The translations under genes were made by a program, and so were the position numbers. DNA of 61,786 nucleotides, filler included, from Platydemus manokwari (Eukaryota): NCBI GenBank assembly GCA_037951405.1. It is 5 parts of 5 records of this genome, joined end to end, with 100 filler letters (N's around TTAATTAATTAA, not from the genome) between each part and the next. Parts side by side here need not be neighbours in the genome. Positions count along the whole stretch, not along the records: positions 12,756 to 24,766 come from JBBMOY010348892.1; positions 24,867 to 37,449 come from JBBMOY010071123.1; 3 more parts are not named here. One strand, 5' to 3'. A model generated the notes under the pieces. That model was not told the DNA's origin, searched no databases, and was given only the letters and a program-made list of their open reading frames with translations. Shown here in pieces: positions 12,756 to 27,164 of the stretch (its first letter is position 1; every line of letters begins with the position of its first letter).

Positions 12756-14053
12756 ATCACAAATATACAAATTTACCTCCAAACAATCTAATAAAATGTT
12801 CAACATAAACGCAAAATAACATCTAACACTTTAACTCAATGAATCATAAAAACAAACTCAATGGAATTCTAGTAAGATCAAATTAAAATAATAATTAAAT
12901 AGATAGTTCATCCAATTACAAGTATTTAAAATGGATGACAAATAGAATTATCATAATTAGTAATTTCAAACAATATTTATAATTTATACTTGGAAATTAA
13001 TGAGACAGTATAATCAGATTTTTAAATTACAAATTAAAATAAACTATATAAACAATTGTATTCTTCTCCAGTTCCAATAGTTAAGGATGAAGATATTAAT
13101 ATATTATATTGAAACATTATATTGAAGAACAAGAACTAACTGGATCTAATTAGGAATTGAAAAAGTATCATCTGTAATATATGGAGATTTCAAAATCTAT
13201 AATGTTCCTGTTAATACTGAAAATTTGTCATATGAAGTAGTTGATGTGTCATAATTTTTAAGTGTACCGTTTTGAGGTACATTGGTTGAATAGCACTTTG
13301 TTATAATTAATATAGATCAAAGTCTTTTAAATTAATGTCATGACTGCTTTAGGGAATCGTGTCAGAGCAAAATTATATAAAAAATAATTCTGATCTTCAA
13401 ATACTTATAGTAAAAGGCCAATCGATTGCTTTGACACTTTCTTTTCTCAGAAAAAACATTACGATTCACATTACTTCTTATATGCCCTCTAAAATATTTA
13501 TCATTATCTTCCTGATGTGCTAACCAAAATGAACCTGCTATATATACAATTCATCTTTATTGTATAGTACTCCACCGAATTAATATAAGCCAAATAGTAA
13601 TAGGTTTAATTAACCACATATGTATTACAATAACGTATTCATATAAACCCAGTTCCTTGATCGAAAAATCTTAAATTCTTTGAATTTCTACTTATAATTA
13701 TATTTTTCTGATTTCGATTAACAGGTACCAATTCTTTGAAAATATGTGGTGGAATTATCTTATTCCTTACTTACATACATTATTTTTTAACCTTTGAAAA
13801 TTTTCTTAAATCCTCTACTAAATATACCGAGTATTTCCATTGTTTGCTCATTATTTTAAATAAAATTTTAAATCTCATGTTTTAAATTTTGAATAGTTTA
13901 AAAATTATGTTAGGGTGGTTTAATCTCTTAATAATGATTTCATTATGACAATCGCTGCAATAATAATCCAATAAGAATACATAATAATATTTTGTACAAA
14001 ATTGAAAAGATACAAGAATGCAATCAAATTTAAAATTAACAGTAGAGAAAGTG

Positions 14054-14959
14054 ATGAAATTTATTTTAATTATCTTGAACTTGGGATTCATTAAATGTCA
14101 AATAAACTTTGTGGGACAAACTGTTTGCTTGTACTCTCCGTACAGAACAATGAATATGAAAGACCTTCTAAGGTGTGCTACTCAGTGCACTCTAGATAAT
14201 TGTGAAATATTTCAATTTGATAAGAGAACTTTGGCTTGCAATTACTTTATATTTGAAGAAACGTGTGAATCAAGGAATAATTGCAAATACAGGAAAGCTT
14301 ATTTCAACGATAATCATAGGGGAAAGTGAGATTATTTTGAATTAGATAATGGTGGATATTTTAATAATTTTCGTTATAGTTTATAACACCAGTCGATGTG
14401 AGGTATCAAATATTCAAAAATGTTGATTTCGTTTATGGATCTGGTGAAGCATATGGTCTTAGTCTTTCGAACACATGTCGCTGTCGACCAATTAATCATT
14501 TATATATTTGCAGGATTTGGAGAATACAAAAATACTAAATTTTTAGCTTGGACATCTTTTGATATGGTATACACGATGAATAATTACAGTTCTCGTTACG
14601 TATTTCTAGCAAACAATATCGTGAAATATTTGACGGATGGGAAATGTACAAGTTATTATAATTTTTATTATTCGATTGATGAGTTTAATAATCACATTGG
14701 TGAGAAAGATTTGGTATTTGGTTTTGATCCTTCATCGGTATTTGATTTGAAAATTTTAATTGGTTATGCAATTATGTATAAATGGGATTTGATTGTAACG
14801 CCACGCACGGTGACACATTCTCCAACAAATTCTGTAATCAATTTGTTGAAACTGTATGGATATTGCATAACGGATACTAAAAAGCAATACAAATGGAAAA
14901 TACTTGGTAACGTCTGTAGGTTATCTAAGTATCCTCCTGACTCTTATGATTGCAAATGA
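14054..14959 (+). pseudogene. Frameshifted paralogue of the secreted PAN/apple-domain protein at 19247-20167
   Basis: Same two-exon layout (14054-14325, 14380-14959). Exon 1 is 272 nt versus 273 nt in the paralogue, so the spliced frame hits TAA at 14384-14386. A second net 14-nt deletion lies near 14480-14500. Confidence 0.7.
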
Positions 14960-17014
14960 TATTTCCAAATCTTTTATCAATCAATTATGTTGTAGCATCA
15001 TTCGTGTGATTAAATAAGTTTATGACTTCTCTTTTTATTAAATTTCAAATTAAAAAAAAATATAATCAATAAATCAATATAATAATAAATTTACTTTTTC
15101 TCACCTATTTTTGATCCAAACATGAATTACGATTGTTTATAAATGATGATTGAAGCACTGACATTATCGCGAAATTTATTTATTTGCACTTTAACTAATT
15201 ATATTTTATTTATTCTAATTTAAACTGGGATCTTGAGTTATTAATTCAGAATTCATATTCCAATTCCTGATAACCATTAAATATATATTTGAAATTAAAC
15301 ACAAATGTTTTTCGCAAATTCATACAAGATTTAAATAAAAATTTGTAAATCATTTAACTTTAAATTTTACTTTAATGAGATAAATTAATTATTTAATCTA
15401 TTTTTTAATCAATAAATATTAATTGAAGATTGATTATTTTATTTTGTTTAATATTATTCTAATTTAATCTTAAATACTATTTGCAAAGAATTCGTTGCAG
15501 ACTCATATTTTATTATTAGAAAATAGAATAGTTCTGGAACATTGGAGTTGTTTAAATCAATAATAAATAAAGAATTATTTATATTTTATTAGGAAAAAAA
15601 TAGCAAATTGATGAGAAATAAAAAATGGTGTCTCCGTGATTATGCTAATAGAAACTCTGAATCTAAACAAAATGCTGTGAAGTTCATAGCGTGAAAATGA
15701 ATGGCATTTATCAATTGGAATTGTTGGAATCCATTTGATATAAGATTGATTTACGATTTTAATTACAAGCAAAACAAAAGCAATTTAATGCAAATTTATG
15801 ATAATGAAAGATGATGCCCTGGTGATAATAATAATAGAAAATCAAGAACTAACTGGGTTGCTCTATCTTCCGTAAAATAGCAAGCAAAGAATTTCATAAT
15901 TGAAATTGTTAGAATTTATTTAATTTTAATTTTAATCAAGTTTTTAAAAATCAAATGGTAATGGATTTATGAGTAGCTTAAAGTTCATATAAAGCTTGTA
16001 TTATAAAATTGAAAAAATAAATTGAAAATGATCTCGGTAGTCATTGATACCGACCCTCCTCGATATCATTGCCTTTCATATGACTCGGGATTTTTCCTAA
16101 TTCGAAGAATCTATGGAATTTTTACAATATGTCTCTGGCATTTGTAGATTCGGGATTGGCTCGGAGTGGAATTATAGATAGAAAAAAGTTAATATAAAGC
16201 TAATATTATAAAATTAAAAGAATAAATTAAAAATTTATATTATATTAACAAAATACTGTTTGATATCTCACGAGAAAATTTTTTTCTGTACTTAAAATCC
16301 ATTGATTGGTTTAATTCCGAGTAGATTTATTGTATATACTTGCTATTCTTAATCTAAATTTATTAATTTTTACTTCAATAGTGTTATAATTGTTTATTTT
16401 TAATCATATCAGGATTAATTTAATAATTTATTGATAAATTATTGATAACTGCATTTATTTTATCATCATTTTCATTATAATAAATATAATAACCCAAATT
16501 TAAATGTATATTTATATTCATATTTAATTCACAACGAAAAAATGTCTATATATTTCCGGATATTTAAAAAATAAAATATTTGCGGTGCACAGGGTTCTTA
16601 CAAAAAGTGTGTTATCAAATGTTTCCCTAAGCAAAGCAGCAGTCATAAATGGCAATATTTGTGATCAAAATTAAACAAAGAATTTAAAATTATTTATTAT
16701 TTTACAAAATTTGAAGAGATCAGGCCCATGAAGAAAATGCTTTGCATAGAAAAATAATTGGAGGCCGAAATATCTGTGTTGAAATTGCTGAGGTCTTTTT
16801 TAATGGAGCCAAATACAATCGAGAACCCCAAAGAACTGTTATTTGGGTAGGATAAGTACCGGAAAGATATAATAAGAGGAATCATTTCTTATTTTCAGTC
16901 CGCAATCCAAGCATCGTGATTCTAGTAGAAATAGTGAGAAAGCAAGCAGATATTTGATATTTAAAATGATGTTTTTAATTTCATTGTATGTATTAGGATT
17001 ATGTTATTCTAAAA

Positions 17015-17283
17015 CAGTGATTCCCAAATCGGACGCTAACGCCTCCTGGTGAGCCCTGCAGAGGGCCAGTGGTGAAGACAAGCTCATTTGGAAGCGTTAA
17101 TACTATAAGAATGTAAGAAAATGATTATTAAAAATTTTGATGTATCTCGTTTGCTAAAAACGCTTAATTTGTCTTTAAACAACGTTCTGTACGTTCTCAT
17201 TAATTTTATATTAAGTTTGGAGGCGTTAAGTATTATTTATTCCGAAAAGAAAGCGGTACGCCCAAAAAGTTTTGGAATCACTG
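17015..17283. mobile_element. hAT (Charlie/Buster-type) MITE, 269 bp
   Basis: TIRs CAGTGATTCCCAAA / TTTGGAATCACTG. Flanking 8-mers TTCTAAAA / TTCTAAGG form a near-perfect 8-bp TSD with central TA. Confidence 0.8.
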
Positions 17284-19246
17284 TTCTAAGGAGTCCATAA
17301 CGTGATCTTTTTCTTGGCTGTTATACCATGCCAACCCAACAAGTTGGATAACTTCAAAATGTAACCAAAGACTAAAATTCAAATTTAATTACTATTATAA
17401 TATAAAACCAAAAGTTCAAACACAAAAAAGCAACTATTGAAACACAATGACAAAATACAATATTATATTTAATTATCAATTATTTTTCACAATTTAGTAA
17501 AAAATAAAAAAATAAAAAAGAACAAACCTCAATTTTTAACATACAAACACTTTAAAGAAAAGATAAGTTGATATACATAAAATTTCATGTCCAGGTTTTT
17601 AGGTATATTTTCAATCAACCTCTAAAACCTTTACTTTTGTTTATTTTTTTGCAGGTGCGGTTATCTCTAAATTACCTTTCAACCAATTAAGTTGAATAAA
17701 TTATGGTTCTATGTCATAAGCTCAAAATTTTAGATATAAGGAAGATTAGTACATTTGTGAGTGATTTTTATAATTTCCCTACTGGTTATATACTGTTTCT
17801 TCCATAGCACATTATGAATAATCAATTTTATTTTTTCCTATTTGTTTGAAAATCTTTTTTTTTCACAAAAGAAAAACAATTTGCACCATAGATTCCTTAT
17901 TTAAGCACTTTAAGCATTGGAGTCATTCAATTAGAGAAGACTTAAATAGAAGATTATAATTTGGAAAATGTACATAACTACATATGTAGAATGACTAATT
18001 CGGAGCACATACAATCAATAAATTCAATTGGAAATAGAAGATCAAATCAAAACGTGATTCACAAATTACACAAAAATTTCAAGTATACATGCGTATGTAA
18101 AGATTTCAAATGTGAGTTGAAGCCAAGTATTATGACGCTGTTTTGCATTGATTTATGGAACATTATTTTAGCATTGTTTTTGAAAGTACCGTAAAAATTA
18201 CCACCCTCAAGTCTAACTAAATAACGAACTAGCCAAAAGAACCCGCTATTTTTGCACAATAACTAGATTATACATTAAAGTTTATTCTTACATATTCTTT
18301 CTTACAGATTAAGGCAAAAAAAAATTCTTGCGATTTCAGCAAAATAATTATAGGGACGATTATGAAATTAAATGTATGGAATTTATTAATAAATTTAACA
18401 AGATTTTTTTTGTCGTATATAAAGTTTTGGTGAAATAAAATTTTATTAAAATATCTGTGTTGTGTTGTTTCTATAACCGAAGCCACAAGGTTTAGAACTA
18501 CAACAATGAATACATTTATCCTTCAAAAATGCACGCTGTTAGGTTTGACATCCACTTTTAAATCAACACAAGCCTAACAATATCACAAAATTAATAATAA
18601 TAAATACTGATGAAACACCGATGTCCTTTTCAATTTAGCAGATTCCGTTTTAATCAATAGTTGTATGAGTTAAACGGTTTTATTTATTTGATTATATTAA
18701 TGAAAATTTTGTATTTGCTTTGTCGTATTTTATTTTGTAAATAAATATAAAACTATTGGAGTTATACTATTTTCTATAACTGTTAAAGTTTATTATTGTG
18801 ATCCGAAATTTTTTAGCCAAACAGTAAATATTGAAGTACTCACAAATTTATAAAAATAAATTCACAAAATAAATTCACACCGAAACACTTCAAAAAAAAT
18901 TTCGCAAAACAGGTCTTATTTACAATTGAATACATTGTAAGTATTCGTATTGATATTAGTCAATACTTATGATAGAAACTTGTTTCAAACATAAGGAACA
19001 TTGTTAAAGATTTTCTTTTACTAATATTTACACTATTTATTAAGTATTTGAATTACAATGGAATATTTCATGTAAGAAATTCTAAAAAATTTAAAGACAC
19101 TTAAATTTGTTTAATCTCTTATCAATGATTTGATGATGATAATTTCAAAAAAATTATCAACCAATAGTAATTCATTAAAATATAAGGTATAATTTTGATA
19201 TGATAAAAGAATGCATCTAAATTTAAAATTACAATTATAGGAAGTG

Positions 19247-20167
19247 ATGAAATTTATTTTAATGCTCTTGAATTTGGGATTCATTAAATGTCAAATAAGC
19301 TTTGTGGGAAAAATGTCTTGTTTGTTCACTGCATACAGATCAATGGCGATGAAAGATCTTCTTAGCTGTGCCACTCAGTGCACATTAGATAGTTGTGAAA
19401 TATTTCAATTTGATGAGAGCTCTATGACTTGCAATTACTTTAAATTTGAAGAAACGTGTGAGTCAAAGAATAATTGCAAATATAGGAAGGCTTATTTCAA
19501 GAAAAATCATATTGCAAAAGTGAGACGTTTTTGAATAAGATAAAGATGAATATTTTATTATTTTTTGCTGTAGTTTAAAACACCATTCGGACCGCGGTAT
19601 CAAATATTCAAAAATATTGACTTTAAATATGGGTCTGGTGAAGGGTATGGTCTTAGTGTCTCAAAAAAATGTCACAAATGTGAATCAATCATTCGTCTAT
19701 TTGATGGTTATATATTTGCAGGAATTGGAGAACACAACAGTACTAAACTTTTAGCTTGGACAACTTTTGATATGGTTTACACAATGAATAATTACAGTTC
19801 TCGTTACATAGTTCTAGCCAACAATATTGTGACATATTTAACGGATGGGAAATGTACGAGTTATTATGATTGTTATTATTCGATTGATGAATTTAATAAT
19901 CACATTGGTGAGAAAAATCTGGTATTTGGTGTTGTTCCTTCATCGATATTTGATTTGAAAAGTTTTATTGATAATGCAATTATGTATGAATGGGGCTTGA
20001 TTGTAACGCCACGTACGATGAAACATTCTCCAACAAATTCTGTGATCAGTTTGTTGAAGCTATATGGGTATTGCGTAAAGGAATTTAAGCGGTACTACAA
20101 CTGGGTAATAAATGGTAACATTTGCATGTTATCCACGTTTCCTATTGATTTTTATGATTGCAAATAA
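19247..20167 (+). CDS. Secreted cysteine-rich protein: signal peptide, PAN/apple-like domain, unassigned C-terminal domain (288 aa)
   Basis: Exons 19247-19519 and 19574-20167 splice in phase 0 (GTGAG...TGTAG) into an open frame. N-terminus MKFILMLLNLGFIKC; PAN-like core SCATQCTLDSCEIFQFDESSMTCNY. Confidence 0.75.
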
Positions 20168-20679
20168 CATTACCAAGTCTTTTTGTCAAACAATTATTCT
20201 GTAGCAACACTTTTGTGATTAAATAAGTTTCTGATTTCATATTTTTTATAAATTTCAATCTGAAATTATATAGAATCAATATTATAAAAATAACTTTAAA
20301 TTTAATTTTCATCACCTATTTTCTTCAGAAAACAAAATAGATACAGTTATGATTTTTAACAAATATAAATTATGATTAATAATTGACATTATCACAAAAT
20401 GAAACATAGATGTTTCTCGCAAATTCTTACAAGACTTAAATTAAACTTTGTAAATGTTTCAATTTTAAATTCTACTTTAATGAATTCTACTTTAATTAAT
20501 CAATTGAAAATTGATTATTTTATTAAGTGTTCTATTTTATTTGAATTCAATCTGAAATACCATTTGCAAAAGCAAAACATTCATTTTAGATTTACATTTG
20601 ATTATCAGAGAATAGAATAGTCCTGGAATGTTAAAGTCGTTCAAATAAACTAATCAATTATAAAAATTTTGAAATCAAA

Positions 20680-21200
20680 GTCATAAGAAGTCCATTTAAT
20701 TTCTGTTGGATTTACGATTTTAATTATGTACAGAACGATATCAATTCAATACAAATTCATAGGAAATTAAAAACGATGACCTAGTGATAATAATGAGAGA
20801 AATTTAGCAACTCACCAGATTGTTATAAAGTTCATAGCGTGAAAATGTCAACCATTCAACAATTGAAATTGTTGGAATCCACTTGATATATGTTGGATTT
20901 ACAATTTTCATTGGAAACAAAACAGAAGCAATTCAATGCAAATTTATGAAAATAAAAGATGATGACCAGGTGACAATAATCACAGAAATTTTGAAACTTA
21001 ATGGGTTGTGAAGTTCAACAAAAGCACTTTACAATTGAAATTGATGGAATTTATTTTATTTCAATTTTATTTAAGATTTTATTAGAAAAGTAAAAATGGT
21101 AAATTGATGAGAAATAAAAGATGATGTCCAGGTTTTAATAAAGACAATAGAAATATAGAAACTGAACCGGCTGCTGTGAAGTTCATAGAATGACAAGGAA
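20680..21200. repeat. Degenerate ~175-bp tandem repeat, about 3 copies, with related copies at ~15600-15960
   Basis: Recurring AAGTTCA(TAG)...CAATTGAAATTG(T/A)TGGAAT and GATGA..CAGGTGA.AATAAT blocks near 20831, 21011 and 21181, and at 15682. Confidence 0.55.
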
Positions 21201-22492
21201 ATCATCTTGCAATTACAATCATATGGATAAATATCTTTTCTTGTATTATTTGAGAATTTTCAGAGAAGCCTTTTAATTCTATAAAACCTCCATCTTTTTA
21301 AAGAACTGCTTGTATAATCTGAGAATATTGAAATAATTTGAAAGAATATGCAAGTATTATATAACCTTAAATACCCTTCTTCTGATAATGGTAATATTTT
21401 TGTTTCTTCAACGTCTCTAGCAAATTCGTCTCTAAATTTTTGCTTAGTAGTTATGTTATCAAATGAAAATAATTTTTAATCCATTGTGAAAATATAATTG
21501 AAAATCATTTGGTTTTATTGCTGATGAATTACAATTTTTACATGCGACTTTTCTATAGTTATTTTATTTTAAATAATGATGATTTTTAAAATTTTCTGTT
21601 TTTTCTGTAAAAATACAATTACAATAAATCAAATTGGTTATATTGTTAAAATCTTTTATATCTTTAATTTTAAAATCTATTCCGAATTTTGTAATTGGTT
21701 TTATTTTCGATTTATTCTCATTATTGTCAGGTTATTAACAGTAATTTGAATCCGAAAATCTATATTAATCAAAATAATACACTCAAAGTTTCAATAATAA
21801 CAATAACAAATCTCTATGAAATTCACAAAGAAAATCAACCAAGGTGGGATCAGTGCCCGTACGCTAAAAACAGAATGAAGAATAATCACAAAGGCTGATT
21901 ACTAAAATCACACATAAGCTAAGCATTAAACTTACCGACCAAAAGTGACTGGCCAGAATCCATGGGATTCAACCTCTTTTATAGGTTTATCAGGTGTGTC
22001 TGTTGATGTCGCGGATCTTTGTTTTCAATTCGATGAATTTGTTTGTGGATCGATTTATTTGAGATTTTTCTTATATCGTTCATGTCATTGGCGGATATTT
22101 GAGCTTGCTGCCGTTTGTAGGCATGTGCCTGTCAATTCTTAGCTTCCAAATATGGATTACCATCGGAAAAAAACTGATTGGTGAACGGCATGTGTGTTTT
22201 TCAGGTATGTGTGTATTGACCCTTTTAGGGTTTTTCGTTGGTTCTTGGGAGACTTTTGATTGATTTTTTATATACCCAACATTATTTATTAACCATTTTA
22301 AAAGTTGATTCTCACAATTTTCATTTTAAAATAATTTTTTTTCAATCAGAACATCTTGAGATTAAGTTAATAAAAATACTTGATTGAATTTGTTTGTTAA
22401 AATATTCTTAAGAATTGTCTTTGTTCTTATCAACTGAAATATTATTTATATTCAAATTAACTACTATTATAAATGGGGTTGTTATTTGATGA

Positions 22493-22693
22493 TTATGATT
22501 TTGATATTTTTACTACTCTTGTAATTTCTTTGCAGTCTTTATCACATATTCTTTTATGATTTTTAAAACTATTTACTTTTAAAAAACAACTACAACATTT
22601 ATCACAAATATTGAATTTATGATTAAGCCTCAATTTACGAATTGTTTTTCTTTTAATAAAATGTTGAAAAATTTTGTTATAAACACGAGTCAT
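22493..22693 (-). mobile_element. Possible degenerate Maverick/Polinton-type PolB N-terminal zinc-finger fragment
   Basis: KFNICDKCCSCFLKVNSFKNHKRIC resembles the C-x2-C...F......H...C motif found upstream of protein-primed PolB in Maverick-like elements. The surrounding sequence is stop-ridden. Confidence 0.3.
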
Positions 22694-24766
22694 TTTATTT
22701 TCTTCTAAATTTGATAATTTTATGTTTTGATTATATTTAGAAATATAATTAGGAAATTTAGTCTAAATTTTTCATTCATTTCTGGTACCTTTTATATCAA
22801 ACATTTATTTTAGAATAATGAACTTTTTCAAATTTGAGCATGGTCATTACAAAACAGAAATACGAAGAATTTCTTCAATAATTGATGTAACAGAATGTTC
22901 AGACGTGCATCCAATAAAAATTCTTAGTGTTGATAATAAGTACATTTTATATGAAGATCCACGTTCTGATTGAATTTGGTGTCGTAATTTACTTTAAATG
23001 CTGTTAAGGCTGAATTTCATCAATGTCTAATTCTTAGTAGTGCCGAAAAGTATTAAATTAAAAATTAAAGATAATAAATTAAGGCGTGAAAATTTAATTT
23101 TAGACTATATACAACATGATTAGTTAAAATACAATCAAAATAAATAAGTATTTTCTATATATTCGTGCGATACCTCGATATTTTAAAGTAGCCACTGTTG
23201 GGAACTATTGACACTCGGCTCTGAAGGAAAAAGGAAGTCTAGAAACAGCTATTTTAGAAACCAATAAAATATACATTTACAATTTCTGAATTTTCTATTT
23301 TATTTTCCTGTTATTAAAGCAAAAACATATGTTAGTGGTGACGTGTATTTTAATTATGCCTGACTATAGCGACCTACTTGTAAACATTGATTGTAAATAT
23401 GAATTAAAATGATGTTTAATCTTGTATATTATGTTTATAATTTAATGAGATTACATTTTCAAATGATATTTCCAAGCTATTTCGATACGAGATAAACAAA
23501 TTCTAATGTGTCAAATTTTCAAGCCATTTGTAATTTTCAAGATTGGTTTCCTCCAAATGAGTTTCTTTCCAATTAATTTCTAATTGAGTTTCTTGAATTT
23601 TACACTTCCAAAATGTTGATATTCTACAACATTATTCTTTTTCAATTCAGTAACTATGCTGGATTAATTGTCTATCTAGAATAATTATAAGTAAATTATA
23701 AGTAAATAAAAATCTTAAATCCCTTTAGAAAAGTCACTGTAGGGAAACCGATAAAACAACTACCAAACCAGACAAATAATTTGAAATAACAGGTAGTATG
23801 AAGATTATCGATAACTCAGCCAAACTCATATTCAATAATAGGCCCATCAGAATTACATGTGATAATCATCAATAATGAGGAATAAATGACCCAAATACTG
23901 GAAACCAGAACCTAGAGGTTATAATTATTAGAAATATTTGCAATCATTCTATCCACAATAACCAAAAATATCATGATGTAGAAAAAGTGAAGAAAAAACA
24001 AAAGGAAAATCAAAAAAACGAATGAATTGAAAGCAATCGTAAATTCAGAATGATAGAAACTCATTATGCAAGCACTAAATGCTGATGCTGAGTGAAAAAG
24101 GAAAATGAAGATTTATTCACAAAAGCTACTGAGATTTATGGGAAATCCTCATATAAGAGAAATGGTGGAATATGTAAAACTTATAACAAGATTAAATCAA
24201 TCAGATCATGAAATAAAGGGGTGCTAAAATAAATTGGAGACGCAGTGCATATGTTGATCGGTTGTATAAGATAAGGTTGATAGAATGAACTGTCTTGAAA
24301 TTCCAGTCATTGGCAAGGATCAAGGCGTTGGAGAAGTTGCAGTCTCTTTGTCTAAACCATCTCAACAACCTTAGACTCATAAAGGAAAACGTATTTAAGA
24401 GAGATCTGGACTTGCTAAATTAAAATATATTATAATAGATGAACCAATATGAGAGCGTGGAAAGTAAGTTGGTTAAAACAAGATAAGGTAAGCTGATGTT
24501 TTTGTATCTAAAACAATTTATAAAAAATTGAAATCATTTAACTTTATTTGATAGTTCAATTTGTTTTAGAGAAGAGTATCGCTTTCTTAAACTCAAAAAA
24601 TTCTTTAAATGTAAATATTCTAATTTTAAAGTTTTAACGTTTTGTATTTTTTATTCGTGCCTAATTTTCATGAAAGTTGGATAAAAATTAAATTATTATA
24701 ATATAAAAGTTTTAGGAATTTTAAGTTGTTTAAACAATATATTAATATTAATAGTAATTTAAATAA

Positions 24767-24866
24767 NNNNNNNNNNNNNNNNNNNNNNNNNNNNNNNNNN
24801 NNNNNNNNNNTTAATTAATTAANNNNNNNNNNNNNNNNNNNNNNNNNNNNNNNNNNNNNNNNNNNN
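24767..24866. other. Artificial contig linker
   Basis: N44-TTAATTAATTAA-N44. Confidence 0.97.
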
Positions 24867-25946
24867 AAATGAGCCGCTGATTTATGAAGTACTAAGAACT
24901 ATAATAGAACTGGAATTAACTGTGTTAAGTATCAATTAGAAAATATCACAAATTCTTAATACTTCGTTAAATGCGGATATCTTCAGAAACATTGATTGAT
25001 GCAAATTCTTCAAACCTAATTCTCTCCGTTAAAGGTACAACATGATTCGCTGATTCTTTTGGCAATGAAAAGTTTTTCGTATGAAGTTTAAAAAATTATG
25101 TCTAACATTTATGTTGAAAAGTTGTATCTCGAAGATTGTCGTTATGTCTAAACTCGGATATCTTACTTCATAAACAGTTTGTCTATAATTTCCTTTGACT
25201 AAATTTTAAGCCTCGACTTTTCATCAAATACGAATCACAGTTTGAAAAACATTGAACAATTTTTCACTTAGTTTTATGTTTTACTTAATTCCTTATTAGA
25301 TTTATTAATTATGTTTCAATAGATTTCGCAATAATTTATTCACATATAAATATTAATTTGATCGATATCTCCCATTAGTTTTTATTTATATAGTTAATAA
25401 TAATTATTATTATTATATAGAATAATAATAAAATTGGGCTATGTTCATTATATCCATTTAAATAAGCAGATATATTATCATATGTAAAGATACCAAACAG
25501 AATAGCATTAAAAACTATTATATACATAAAAACTCATGATTGCTAAAATATCATTGCTATTTCCGATCATCAATAACTCTTATAAAGTACTGCTTATTCT
25601 ATTAATGAACATCTTAACATTGTATCTTAACATTAATCCACAATCTTTTGGCTGTTAGTTAAAAATATTTATATTTTATATTAAAAAATTATGATTTAGT
25701 TCTAAATGATATCCTTCATAAAAAAACAGACTTAAAAATACATTAAATGACTATTCTTGACAAAACTATTTCAATAGTTTGTTCCAAAACTAGTGTTATT
25801 CAATAAAAATATTCACTAAATATTGTCGTAAATTTTTATATGTATTGCTCTTAAAATGGTAATTTAAATAGATAATATAATATTTATTACGCTTAATTCT
25901 AAAATATTTAATTTGAATAAAAATCTATTGATTATATTAAATACAT

Positions 25947-26567
25947 ATGCCAGACAATAAAAATTCTAAAAAGAAACCTGATAAGGCGGTAAGTAAATCA
26001 GGTAAGCCAACGGATAAAAAGGAAATTGTTGAAAAAAAGGAAAAGGAATTACCACCGCTACCAAAAAATCTAACTGAAGAACAATTAGTTGAATTTAAGG
26101 AAGCTTTCGATTTATTTAATGATTCAGAAGAACCTAAAATATCAGCAATAAGTGTGGTAACACTTATGAGAAAGTTGGGTTTGATGCCAAGTGACAATGA
26201 TGTGCAGGTTTAATTTTGATTTTTATCATTGAGAAATTAAAATTGCTATTTCAAGCAAATCATCGAAGAAATGGATCCCGATGGAACTCTGGCCTATGAT
26301 GGATTGGCTTACGAACATTTCTGTTGTGTTGCCGCTAAAAAAATCGACGAAGTTTATACTACAAATGATATAATTGAAGCTTTTAGAGTATTCGATGAAA
26401 ATGAGCAAGGATTTTTGCATGTTGATGAAATCAAAAAAATTTTACAACAAAGAGGAGATCCATTAACCGAAGAAGAGATGGATGCATTAATCGATTCGGT
26501 TCAACCAGATGCTAATGGAAATGTCAAATATGAAGATTTTGTTAAGGAAATGATGCTAGAATTTTAA
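25947..26567 (+). CDS. Calmodulin/myosin-light-chain-like EF-hand protein with a Lys-rich N-terminal extension (190 aa)
   Basis: Exons 25947-26207 and 26256-26567 in phase 0. Motifs: LTEEQLVEFKEAFDLF, EAFRVFDENEQGFLHVDEIKKIL, GDPLTEEEMDALI, DANGNVKYEDFVKEM. Confidence 0.88.
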
Positions 26568-27164
26568 ATTGTTTATACCATTGATTGTGATTACTTTTGA
26601 TTGACTTAATACAGAAAAAAAATGACATAATGAAATTCAAATAAATAAAAATAAGTACTTTTATTAATCATACATGATAATTGACATTTGCTTGATTCGC
26701 AAATCATTTTTATACAGTCTTTTACAATAACACAAATGCATAGTTATAAAGAAAAAAATCTCTATCATTATTATCATGTCTAAATTCCCACATACGCGCA
26801 CACGTACACACACACACACGAAAATCTACATTCAAAACTGTTGAAGGCATTATGTTCTAAAAAAATATTAAAAATCGCAATTATATAACTAAGAGGTCAA
26901 TTTTCAAAGATAATTCAATGATATTATCAATTTTTTTTTGTACAAGAAATATTTAAAAATGATTTTTTTTGTCAGTCGATAAACACGAAATCAGGAAAAT
27001 ATAAAACTCGAATTGAAACTGATTTTTTTTTTGAAGAATATTAAAATTTGGTCGCATACAAAATCTAAATAAATTATGTACAAATTACAGTTTTACAAAA
27101 ATTAAAATCCAATCAATATTTAGGCACAATTTCATAAGAGTACAAAACCATCAGAAAATGAACA

